From: Thermoplasmata archaeon
GTDB taxonomy: Archaea; Thermoplasmatota; Poseidoniia; Poseidoniales; Thalassarchaeaceae
Reading direction: 5' to 3'
DNA: 56,042 nucleotides
Assembly (NCBI GenBank): GCA_002727675.1
Contig: PBXQ01000054.1
Coordinates: 1 to 56,042 of the forward strand
The notes under the pieces are model-generated. The model did no database searches. It was not told where the DNA came from and saw nothing but the letters and a program-made list of their open reading frames with translations. Of this stretch, positions 10,324 through 19,195 are shown in pieces. Position numbers and translations under genes: made by a program. Numbering within the stretch: the stretch's first letter is position 1; the number at the start of each line of letters is the position of its first letter.

Positions 10324-12180
10324 ATGTGTGGCATTTCAGCAATTCTTGGGGAATGTGACGAATCAATTGCTTTGAGTATGGTCTCGAGTTTATCTCATCG
10401 TGGCCCTGATGGTTTTTCTTCATGGTCTAGTCAAGATTGTACCTTGGCACATTCACGTTTATCTATCGTTGACATTTCAGGTTCTAACCAACCAATTGGT
10501 TCAGAACACGGTTCTTGGTTAATTCAAAACGGGGAGATATATAATTACAAAAATTTGCGAAGATTATATTCTAATTATCAATGGCGCACTAAGGGTGATG
10601 GAGAGGTTATTTTAGCAGCACACAAATCGTCCAATAATAAAATAGATTACGACATTGTTCGTTCTTCCAAGGTTGGTTGGGTTAGGAGAACTGCAAATGC
10701 AGATCAACCATTAAATCCAGCAGAAAGACACATTGATTGGGTATCTAATTTAGATGGGATTTGGGGTTTTGCATTATGGGACTCTAAATCTCGAGAACTA
10801 ATTTTGTGCCGCGACCCTCTTGGAGTTAAGCCGTTATTGAGAACGATAACTCCATCAGGAAAACTGTTGGTTTCTAGCGAAGCTAAGGCTTTTTGTCACC
10901 ACCCTGAATATGAACCCAAAATCGATGAAAATGCTTTGTTGGCTAGGCTGGCTTTTGAGTATTCACTTGATGAAACCACTTTATTTGAGGGTGTATCTCA
11001 AGTTGCACCAGGGACAATTGAGACATGGACATTAGATGACCTTGGGAGGGCTACTTTAACGGGAGTAACAAGTTACTCTAGGGATATTGTTGCACCTTCA
11101 GATAAGTGGAATCCTACAACTAATGCAAAGCAATTACTTGATTCTCTTTGTGTAGGGATTGAAGATAGATTGATGTCCGACGTACCAGTTGGGATTATTC
11201 TTTCAGGTGGATTAGATTCTAGTTTAGTTGCAGGACTTGCTCATAAGGCCGCAGAACAAACAGGGGAACAAGTACCCGAATGTTGGACCGTTGCAGAAAG
11301 CGAAGACAACCCTGATTTCATTGCTGCAGAAGAGGTTGCATCACAACTAGATTTAGGTCACCATGCTTCAACTTTAGATGATGAAATATTTTGGAAAACA
11401 TTACCTTCACTATCTTGGAGTGGTGAAGATTTAGACGTCTCAGTTTTATTTTTCCAACCCTTATTTAAGAAAATGTCTGATAACGTAAAAGTTGGATTAT
11501 GTGGCCAAGGTGCTGATGAACTTCATGGCGGTTATCCTAGATATCAAAATTTAGAATCACATCGTGAAACTATATTTTCTAGATTAATGTCTAGCCAACA
11601 TCCATTTGCTGATCATTTAATCAAAGACATCTCTTGCGTTGCACCCCAAGGACCGGGTCAACCATGGCGATCTAATTCTCATGACCCTATCGCTAAATTT
11701 GAAAATCTTACAACTACTTTACAATATGAAATAGATCATGGTCAATTAACTAATTTTCAATTACGTTTAGTTGATAGGCATAGTATGTCTCATGGCTTAG
11801 AGGTTAGGGTTCCATTTTTGGGTTCAGAGCATAGACGTATATCTCATAAGATTCCAATTCATTGGAGGGTAAGGGAATCTCAAGAGAAATTAGCTCTAAG
11901 AGCGGCTGCGGCATTGACAAAACTTCCTTCTTCTATTGTTAATAGACCTAAGTTACCTGCTGGTACTGCCACTACTCCATCAATGCTTGATGAATTTCTT
12001 AAGGAATTAGCGCCACATGCGGGTGATTGGAATTCTAGATATCCAAGATTAGAGAGAATTCTACGTAAACAGCCGGATATGGCTATTGGTCTCAGGTTGT
12101 TTGAATCACTACACATTACTGATGGTGGTATTGGTAGAGAAGGGAAGGGCTTATGGGATCTCCTTGAGGATGTTGAGTGA
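10324..12180 (+). CDS. asnB: Asparagine synthase-like glutamine-hydrolysing amidotransferase
   Basis: N-terminal MCGI, HRGPD, HSRLSIVD, NGEIYNY, RDPLGVKPL, LSGGLDSS, GQGADELHGGY, LEVRVPFL. Confidence 0.9.
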   Translation: MCGISAILGECDESIALSMVSSLSHRGPDGFSSWSSQDCTLAHSRLSIVDISGSNQPIGSEHGSWLIQNGEIYNYKNLRRLYSNYQWRTKGDGEVILAAHKSSNNKIDYDIVRSSKVGWVRRTANADQPLNPAERHIDWVSNLDGIWGFALWDSKSRELILCRDPLGVKPLLRTITPSGKLLVSSEAKAFCHHPEYEPKIDENALLARLAFEYSLDETTLFEGVSQVAPGTIETWTLDDLGRATLTGVTSYSRDIVAPSDKWNPTTNAKQLLDSLCVGIEDRLMSDVPVGIILSGGLDSSLVAGLAHKAAEQTGEQVPECWTVAESEDNPDFIAAEEVASQLDLGHHASTLDDEIFWKTLPSLSWSGEDLDVSVLFFQPLFKKMSDNVKVGLCGQGADELHGGYPRYQNLESHRETIFSRLMSSQHPFADHLIKDISCVAPQGPGQPWRSNSHDPIAKFENLTTTLQYEIDHGQLTNFQLRLVDRHSMSHGLEVRVPFLGSEHRRISHKIPIHWRVRESQEKLALRAAAALTKLPSSIVNRPKLPAGTATTPSMLDEFLKELAPHAGDWNSRYPRLERILRKQPDMAIGLRLFESLHITDGGIGREGKGLWDLLEDVE

Positions 12181-12189
12181 GGTTTTGAA

Positions 12190-13413
12190 ATGAGTGAATA
12201 TTGTGGCCCGAATTTACTTTCCGATTATTATTCCATTCTTGAAGAAAAGAGAACCGAATTAGAAAATTGGTTTGCTTTAGAGAGGGAGAAAAGAAAGATG
12301 CCGTTTTATGCATCAGTAGATATTAGGGATGCTGGTTGGAAGGTCGCAGCAGTTGATGCGAATGCCTATCCTGCTGGTTTCAATAATATTGGTGAATCAG
12401 AGAGAAAATTTCTTTCCGAGCAGTTGCATAAATGGTTAAGAAGCAATCATCCAAATTTGAAATGGTTGCATATTTGGCCTGAAAGTCACACTAGAAACAA
12501 AGGATATGTTGAGAATCTTATCGTGTTAAGAGATTTATTAATTTGTGAAGGTTATAGAGTAACAGTAGGGTCTGTTGAATTACAAGGTTTATCTACGATT
12601 GAAGGACTTTCAGGAGTAATTGATTTATCGGTTACTAAAGCAGAAGGTTGCTTAGTTGTTGATGGTAATACACCTGATTTATTGATATTAAACAATGATT
12701 TAAGCAATGGTGCTATTGATGGGGTCGGAAATATTCCTATTGCCCCACCACAAGAGATGGGTTGGTTTCAAAGAAGAAAATCAAATCATTTTAGGCATGC
12801 ACAACCATTTATCGATAAAGCGGCTGAAATTATTGGTATAGATCCATGGTTATTGGGTACTCATTGGTTTGTTAGCAAAGATAAATGTTTAGAAAAAGAA
12901 ACATGCAGAATAGAACTTGCTGCACAAGTTGATGATTTTCTCAAATTTTTGCAGAAAAAATATGATGAATATGGAATTGAAGGTAAGCCAGTATTGTTTG
13001 TAAAAAATGATTCAGGTACATATGGATTGGGTATTATTGAAATTGATAGTGGGGAACAATTACTAAATTTATCTAATCGTAAGGTGAATAAATTAACCTA
13101 TGGCAAAGGTGGTAATGAGGCTATAGATTTTTTACTTCAAGAAGGGGTCCCGACATCTTTAAGATTAGGTAATTCTGTTGTTGAGCCATGTTTTTATGGT
13201 GTTGGTGGAAAACATACTGCGGCCTTTTACAGAGTCAATCACAAGAAAGGAGTGATGACTAATTTGAACACACCTTCTACTGAATTTATGGATTATTCAC
13301 AAATTTCCAATCATCCAGAGGGTTCTTTGATTGTTAATTCGGCTGATAATTGGCACGCTTTAGTGTCTGAAATTGCGATGTTAGGGATGGCTTCGGAATT
13401 AGATGAATTATGA
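12190..13413 (+). CDS. gshA: Glutamate--cysteine ligase, ATP-grasp-like GshA family (PF08886 type)
   Basis: PFYASVDIRDAGWKVAAVDANAYPAGFNN, PESHTRN, LNNDLS, GWFQRRKSNHF, KNDSGTYGLG, QEGVPT, FYRVN. Confidence 0.85.
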   Translation: MSEYCGPNLLSDYYSILEEKRTELENWFALEREKRKMPFYASVDIRDAGWKVAAVDANAYPAGFNNIGESERKFLSEQLHKWLRSNHPNLKWLHIWPESHTRNKGYVENLIVLRDLLICEGYRVTVGSVELQGLSTIEGLSGVIDLSVTKAEGCLVVDGNTPDLLILNNDLSNGAIDGVGNIPIAPPQEMGWFQRRKSNHFRHAQPFIDKAAEIIGIDPWLLGTHWFVSKDKCLEKETCRIELAAQVDDFLKFLQKKYDEYGIEGKPVLFVKNDSGTYGLGIIEIDSGEQLLNLSNRKVNKLTYGKGGNEAIDFLLQEGVPTSLRLGNSVVEPCFYGVGGKHTAAFYRVNHKKGVMTNLNTPSTEFMDYSQISNHPEGSLIVNSADNWHALVSEIAMLGMASELDEL

Positions 13414-13689
13414 TTCCTCATCTCCATCTTCTGTTTTTTCCATCCCAACTATTTCGTAATTAGAGGGGAATAATGCTACCAGAATTCCTGCTATCATAGC
13501 AGCTAGACCCCAATAAAATCGTGATTGAACAATCATCATTTCTAGTGCGATAACAACGAGGATTAATCCTCCAAGGTTAGAAATCCAAACTAAGGTTTTG
13601 AATGTAGAAAGTGATACGCCTTTCTGATGCTGTGATCTGTATGGTCCAAATTCTGCACCAAATCTAACCGGTTCTTTTTCATCAGCCAT
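13408..13689 (-). CDS. Small 2-TM membrane protein, last gene of the Rieske/cytb operon
   Basis: Two hydrophobic helices; GGTGA RBS; directly follows the ferredoxin gene. Confidence 0.7.
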   Translation of the reverse strand: MADEKEPVRFGAEFGPYRSQHQKGVSLSTFKTLVWISNLGGLILVVIALEMMIVQSRFYWGLAAMIAGILVALFPSNYEIVGMEKTEDGDEES

Positions 13690-13693
13690 ATTT

Positions 13694-14026
13694 TCACCTA
13701 TCAATCATTTTGATGGCATTGGTCGGGCATGCTAGGACACATAATCTACACCCTGTGCATTCATCTCTAATTATTAGGGCTTTTTTATTTACTTCAATTT
13801 CTATTCCTGGTGTTCTCAAAGGTTCATCAATTAACTCAATTGCATTATCATCACATACAAGTAAACATTGATCACAACCTATACACTGATCTTTAATTAC
13901 GAAAGCAACAAATTCTTCTCCTTCTTTAATATCATTTGAGTGAATTTCTAGGGCTTTTTCCATACTTTCTTTTATTCTGGCAGCCTCTATTTCTCGGCGT
14001 CTTTTTAGCTCATCAAGCCCAGTCAT
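13694..14026 (-). CDS. 2x[4Fe-4S] ferredoxin
   Basis: CIGCDQCLLVC and CTGCRLCVLACP. Confidence 0.9.
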   Translation of the reverse strand: MTGLDELKRRREIEAARIKESMEKALEIHSNDIKEGEEFVAFVIKDQCIGCDQCLLVCDDNAIELIDEPLRTPGIEIEVNKKALIIRDECTGCRLCVLACPTNAIKMIDR

Positions 14027-14065
14027 CTAACCAATCCTTCAGGTTCCCGATATCAAATGCTCTAT

Positions 14066-16969
14066 TCAAACAATTGCTTCATCATTGATATTATTTTGAA
14101 CAATTTCAGTAGAGGGTGCCTTTACTGCGTTTTTCTCATCAACTTGCTTGGCTAAGAATGAAACGACATCCATTATTTCAAAGTCGTAACTAGGGTCGCC
14201 CTCAAATTTTAAGCATTCAAAATGAGTTACACACTTGGGGCAAGATGTTAACATAATTTCAGCACCTGTTTCTTTTACTTCTTCGAACCTTTGTACTCTA
14301 AGGGTACGACTGTCTTCATTACAAGACATCATGCTAGAAACACCACAACACAATGCATCTTCATGATGGTGTTCCATCTCAACCATGCTGATACCATTGA
14401 CATTTTGAATTAGGTTTCTGGGTTCTTCATAGATGTTCATTTGCCTACCTAATCTACATGGGTCATGGAACGTAACTTTCTTGGGGCAACTAGATGTTAA
14501 TTCAACATCGAAACCTTTCTCTGCAAGGAATTCCGTAGTATGCATTACTTTAATTCCATCCAATTCATAATCCATAGCAAAAGTCTTGAAACATTCAGCA
14601 CAACTACTTACGAGTGTATCAATCCCACTATCTTGTAATTTGTTTTCATTATATTGTTTTAATTTGTCAAAGACATCTCCCATGCCCTGCCATTTTTGAT
14701 CGTGCCCACAACATTTCAAGAAGTCCCTCCCTAGGTATGAAACATCAACCCCCATTTCCTCAAATAGAGTAAAAGCTGCAGTGGTAGTTTCTCCTAAATT
14801 CATTTCACCCTTGTTTAAGTGGCTAAATATCATGTCTCGGTCAAAATAATCTACACAACCAGGGTAATATCCAATTTTAGAATCTAGAGGATATTCTTCA
14901 ACTGAAATGAATTCAGAATCAGAATCTTCTTCTGCTTCTGCCGCTAATACTGCTTGCAAAATAGTATGGGGTATATTTGCGGCAGGAGGTCCACCAACCA
15001 CGAGGTTCCTTCTAATATCAACGTATGAATCATAGTAAACTAATTGTGGACATGCGTTTGTACAGGCTCCACAAGTAAGACACGAGTACATCGGTACACC
15101 ATCGTCTTCGTTGTTCCAAGTGTTGTAAATTATGTTTAGTTTATCTCCGGCATTAAATAATCTTACAGGGCAAGCATCATCACAAAGGTCACAACCATAA
15201 CATTTGTTCATTTCATACTCATATCCACGTGCCATGCTGCGCAAGAGGACATAAATCATTGCTCCAAGTCCAAGTGGGGGAATAAATAATGCATAAGTTA
15301 ATTTTGCATCTAAACTTTTAGGATTTTGATGGTAGGTTGGATTTTCCATGGAATATTGCTCTAGGTTTGAATTGGAAATTCCGGCTAAAGCAAGTTCAGT
15401 ACCATTTGTCCTGTCTAATGCCATTCCAGTATTTGGATTTAGGAATAATGGTTGATAGACAGATACAGATGAGGTTGAATCAACTTGAACTGAAGAATTA
15501 GCAGAATCAAATGATGATTCCATTGTCATTGTTACTGTATATTGCCCTGGTGATATTACAAATTCTTTGGTAATACAAGTCAGTCCTTCTTCTAGGTCGC
15601 CATCTAATGTTGCGATAGTAGTGCCGCTTGTATCTAAGACATTTACATCGATGGAATGGCCACCAGCTTTTCTAACACTTGTCTTAAAGGTGCAGCCCAA
15701 ATCCATGGTCAATTGATTTTGGCCCAAGTCTTCAACACTAAGTGTATATGAATTTGAAATTGTGGAATCACCTGAATAACTAAGGATTTCAGTAAATCCA
15801 TTTACGCCACCAGTGACAACTCCTTCAATGGTTTGGGTTTGCATGTGTTTATTTTCATCAGCAAAATCAATCATCGTCATTTGTACTGGCTGGTAAATCC
15901 CCCAATTTTTCCAGTAAGATGCTGGGAGTAGACAGTAGTCACTTCTATCTGATGACTCTTCACCAACAAACTTAGAATCTTGCCAAAGTGAACTTCCAGA
16001 ACTTGCTCCGTATGAAAGACAGTTGCTTTCCATTAAATCCCAATCATGCCCCTCTTCAATTACTAGTAGGGTATCAACAGGCTGGTTTCTAAGTGTGGCT
16101 AATTCGTCAACATCATCCATTGCACCTAGCCCTCCTATGTCCCAAAACCCTCCATTATAAACTGGCCAAGACACAACCGAAATTAGGACGGCAATAATTA
16201 GTGAACCTATTGCAATATTTTTGCCTATTTTAGGGCTTGCTCTTGACCCAGATGATTTAATCATGTACCATTTAGCTATGAAGTAAATCATTATCCAAAT
16301 GAAAATACCAGTAAGGATCCACGGAATAGCATTGAAAACTTCGGCTATCCATGGTTCTCTTACTACGCAACTAAGGCCTGCATGAGAATTAAGTTGGCAG
16401 AAATCAGATCTATTTTTTCCATATAATAAAAGGAATATATTTATTGAATACACACTGATAAACCAGACGTGAGCCAAGTAAATTACTCCGGCTGTTGCAA
16501 ACCAAGGGTCTTCAACACCTCTCTTTTCTCTGCCACCTAGGAATGGCGGCAGTGCTAGTATTCCTACTGGGAAGCCAGTTAGGAAAGCCCCCCACCATCC
16601 AGCATTCCAAGAAATCACAGGGGTGCCGAAGAAATCTCCGATTATTTGTGGTAAAGGAATGTCAAATTGAGGTAAATATTCTCCCCAACGTAAATATCCA
16701 TACGAAAATAGAACATACCAATCAGGGAATACGAAACCAGCTTGTGCAAAAGGATCAGCTGCACTGTGTAAGGGTGGTGGAATCAACCATGCGTAAAATG
16801 CTAACACGGCGACCATTGAAGCAAATACAAGGCTGTCTCTAAGTACTTCATGAGGCCAAAGTGGATGTCCTTCAAACACTCTTTCTCTCTTTTGCTCAGC
16901 ATCTAACATTTTTTCCTTTTCGCGCATATATACATCTGCAATGCGTCCAAAATTATCTATTAAGCCCAT
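14066..16969 (-). CDS. Cytochrome b6 subunit IV-like protein fused to an extramembrane domain and an HdrD/GlpC-like (2x[4Fe-4S] + 2xCCG) module
   Basis: WPHEV..ADP..PDWY (PEWY-type Qo motif); CYGCDLCDDACP, CLTCGACTNACP; YYPGC..KCCG..SCAEC; FHDPCRLGR..LCCG..TSCPKC. Confidence 0.88.
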   Translation of the reverse strand: MGLIDNFGRIADVYMREKEKMLDAEQKRERVFEGHPLWPHEVLRDSLVFASMVAVLAFYAWLIPPPLHSAADPFAQAGFVFPDWYVLFSYGYLRWGEYLPQFDIPLPQIIGDFFGTPVISWNAGWWGAFLTGFPVGILALPPFLGGREKRGVEDPWFATAGVIYLAHVWFISVYSINIFLLLYGKNRSDFCQLNSHAGLSCVVREPWIAEVFNAIPWILTGIFIWIMIYFIAKWYMIKSSGSRASPKIGKNIAIGSLIIAVLISVVSWPVYNGGFWDIGGLGAMDDVDELATLRNQPVDTLLVIEEGHDWDLMESNCLSYGASSGSSLWQDSKFVGEESSDRSDYCLLPASYWKNWGIYQPVQMTMIDFADENKHMQTQTIEGVVTGGVNGFTEILSYSGDSTISNSYTLSVEDLGQNQLTMDLGCTFKTSVRKAGGHSIDVNVLDTSGTTIATLDGDLEEGLTCITKEFVISPGQYTVTMTMESSFDSANSSVQVDSTSSVSVYQPLFLNPNTGMALDRTNGTELALAGISNSNLEQYSMENPTYHQNPKSLDAKLTYALFIPPLGLGAMIYVLLRSMARGYEYEMNKCYGCDLCDDACPVRLFNAGDKLNIIYNTWNNEDDGVPMYSCLTCGACTNACPQLVYYDSYVDIRRNLVVGGPPAANIPHTILQAVLAAEAEEDSDSEFISVEEYPLDSKIGYYPGCVDYFDRDMIFSHLNKGEMNLGETTTAAFTLFEEMGVDVSYLGRDFLKCCGHDQKWQGMGDVFDKLKQYNENKLQDSGIDTLVSSCAECFKTFAMDYELDGIKVMHTTEFLAEKGFDVELTSSCPKKVTFHDPCRLGRQMNIYEEPRNLIQNVNGISMVEMEHHHEDALCCGVSSMMSCNEDSRTLRVQRFEEVKETGAEIMLTSCPKCVTHFECLKFEGDPSYDFEIMDVVSFLAKQVDEKNAVKAPSTEIVQNNINDEAIV

Positions 16970-16985
16970 ACTGAATCATCTCCTA

Positions 16986-17852
16986 TCAATGAGGCTCCGC
17001 GATGCCTTGTACCCAAACAATAAACAAATGTATGATTATTAAAGTGGTTACGATTACTGGTAATATGAATACGTGAAGGAAATACATTCGTGTTACTGTT
17101 GCTCCTGAAAGTGATGTACCGCCAAATAGCAATATTGCCATCCAATTACCAATTAATGGGGTTGATTTTGCCATTGCAATCCCAATTGTGGCAGCACCAA
17201 AGGCAAGAGCGTCCCATGGTAGCAAATATCCAGAGTATCCAAAAATAATTGTCAAAAGCATTAATCCTACTCCAATAAGCCAGTTTAATTCACGTGGGTT
17301 TCTGTAAGCGCCAGTGAAGTAAACTCTACACATGTGTAAGAAAACAGATGCGACCATGAAGTGGGTGGCCCAATGATGTATACTTCTGATAATATAGCCA
17401 AATGGGAGTTGAGTCATGATAAATTCCATGCTACCATAAGCGGGAGTGGGGTCTCCATCTCCACCGGGGACATAGTAAATACCTAGTACAGTGCCTGTGA
17501 TGATTAGAATAATGAATGCTAAGAATGAAATCCCTCCAAGGCAGTATAATGGGTACCAGTACCAAATAATTCTGAGTTTATATTTCTCTGCGTGTGTCAT
17601 AGGCATTTGTCTGTGGACTGAATGATATGCATCCCTACTCATTGCCCAGTAGTCTTGAATTCTGAAACGCGTGTCTAACCATGAGAATGTCCAAAGGAAT
17701 ATCTTTTCAGCCATTCCCATTTTACCAACAGATTCTACAGCCCGGAGGATTTCTTTGCGCGGAACATCATCATTTTCTTTTCTCAGAGTCAATGCGACAA
17801 TTACCGATACGATGATTATGAAGAACCAAAGGAACCAAAATTGTAGTAACAT
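16986..17852 (-). CDS. petB: Cytochrome b6-type (N-terminal cytochrome b) subunit
   Basis: YCLGGISF, RSIHHW..LHMCRVYFTGAYRNPRELNW, GYLLPWD, FLHVFILP..IH, QGIAEPH. Confidence 0.92.
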   Translation of the reverse strand: MLLQFWFLWFFIIIVSVIVALTLRKENDDVPRKEILRAVESVGKMGMAEKIFLWTFSWLDTRFRIQDYWAMSRDAYHSVHRQMPMTHAEKYKLRIIWYWYPLYCLGGISFLAFIILIITGTVLGIYYVPGGDGDPTPAYGSMEFIMTQLPFGYIIRSIHHWATHFMVASVFLHMCRVYFTGAYRNPRELNWLIGVGLMLLTIIFGYSGYLLPWDALAFGAATIGIAMAKSTPLIGNWMAILLFGGTSLSGATVTRMYFLHVFILPVIVTTLIIIHLFIVWVQGIAEPH

Positions 17853-17862
17853 ATCTATTCAC

Positions 17863-18741
17863 CTAATTACAAAAAGTATACCAATCGAGAATTTCAACAA
17901 CTCCCTCTGCTTCAAAGTCAATAGCTTCAATTACACCCGAAGCATTGACTTGGAAAGGGATTAATGGGATTCCTACAGGGGCAGGCCCACCAGTTCTTTT
18001 TATCCCGAAATAATTGAATGCCGCTCCTGTATTTTTGTTTATGTTTGTATTTTTCTCTATTACTGTAGGGTCAAACCTACTAGAATGACAAATACAGAAT
18101 AATTTGTTACCACCTGAGTCTAGCCCCCCAGGGATCCAATTATCGGCAGTGAAGTCATTAGGGACTAATTGCCAACCAGGAATGCAACAAAGGTGCGGGC
18201 ACCTTGACATGACGATAATCATGTTATCGTGAATTTTCAAAACAGACCATTTTGCCTCTTCTTCGATTTCCCCGCCATAACCAATTATGGCGCCTGTTTG
18301 ATCTTCGCCATCTGCAAATTGGAAACGGGGTTTTCCTGTAGATGTGGAAGTGTCTTTATTTTCATCATGTGGGACGTAAATTGCTGTTACTGGCATCCCA
18401 CCCCAAACACCTTGAGCACCTGACATACCAGTTGAACTAGTGGCGGCATCATCTACGAAGTCGCTCTTTTTCATCGATTCCAAATGTTTTGAACCATACC
18501 AAACATTGTCTTCTTGACCTTTGGGTACCCAATAACTGATTGAGTTACTACCTCCTGCATCATCCCTTGTCCCCATTAACAATGAAGCAAATCCTATTGA
18601 ACCAAAACTAGCCATGGTAATTAACCCTGCAGCAGAATTGAATGAGTAACGCATGAATTTTCTTCTGTCTAAATTGTAAGAACCTTGGGGTGTGGTATCA
18701 CTAATTATTGGCGACGGGCGAAGCCTAAATTCTCTTGCCAT
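17863..18741 (-). CDS. petC: Rieske [2Fe-2S] protein with Tat anchor
   Basis: DRRKFMR twin-arginine motif + TM; CPHLCC and CICHSSRFD boxes; GPAP. Confidence 0.9.
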   Translation of the reverse strand: MAREFRLRPSPIISDTTPQGSYNLDRRKFMRYSFNSAAGLITMASFGSIGFASLLMGTRDDAGGSNSISYWVPKGQEDNVWYGSKHLESMKKSDFVDDAATSSTGMSGAQGVWGGMPVTAIYVPHDENKDTSTSTGKPRFQFADGEDQTGAIIGYGGEIEEEAKWSVLKIHDNMIIVMSRCPHLCCIPGWQLVPNDFTADNWIPGGLDSGGNKLFCICHSSRFDPTVIEKNTNINKNTGAAFNYFGIKRTGGPAPVGIPLIPFQVNASGVIEAIDFEAEGVVEILDWYTFCN

Positions 18742-18745
18742 CTAA

Positions 18746-19195
18746 TTACACCTCGTATTTATGCCAACTATCTGGGTCCTTCGGGGGGATGAATTTCCTA
18801 CGTCTGTTCTTGACTATTACAATGTCAGGGGCAACCCATTTGAGATAAATAATACCCATGACAATGAGAGTCACCATTGTCATAGCTAAGTGGAATGAAA
18901 GTTGCTGTTGATCCCATCCATTATACAAGCCATAAGTCATAGAGCCAGCCCAGTATAGTGTCCAGCCAACACCCCACAAGAAAGTCAAAATTACCAATGC
19001 CGAGGTCCCATTCAGTGCCAAACTAGCACGAATAATTGTTCCTGGTTCTACTTTGTTGTAAACGCCATGGTCTATTGCTGATTGGTATGTTTCTTCGTCT
19101 AGAGTTACACCCTCAAGCGCAGCCCTAGCATCTTCTACACTCACATCGCCACTGGCGACCTGCCGTAACATCTTGGTGATGGTGTCCTGTTTCAA
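18746..19195 (-). CDS. 2-TM membrane protein with N-terminal SHOCT-like helix pair
   Basis: MLRQVASGDVSVEDARAALE followed by two TM helices; overlaps the upstream gene by 4 nt. Confidence 0.65.
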   Translation of the reverse strand: MKQDTITKMLRQVASGDVSVEDARAALEGVTLDEETYQSAIDHGVYNKVEPGTIIRASLALNGTSALVILTFLWGVGWTLYWAGSMTYGLYNGWDQQQLSFHLAMTMVTLIVMGIIYLKWVAPDIVIVKNRRRKFIPPKDPDSWHKYEV

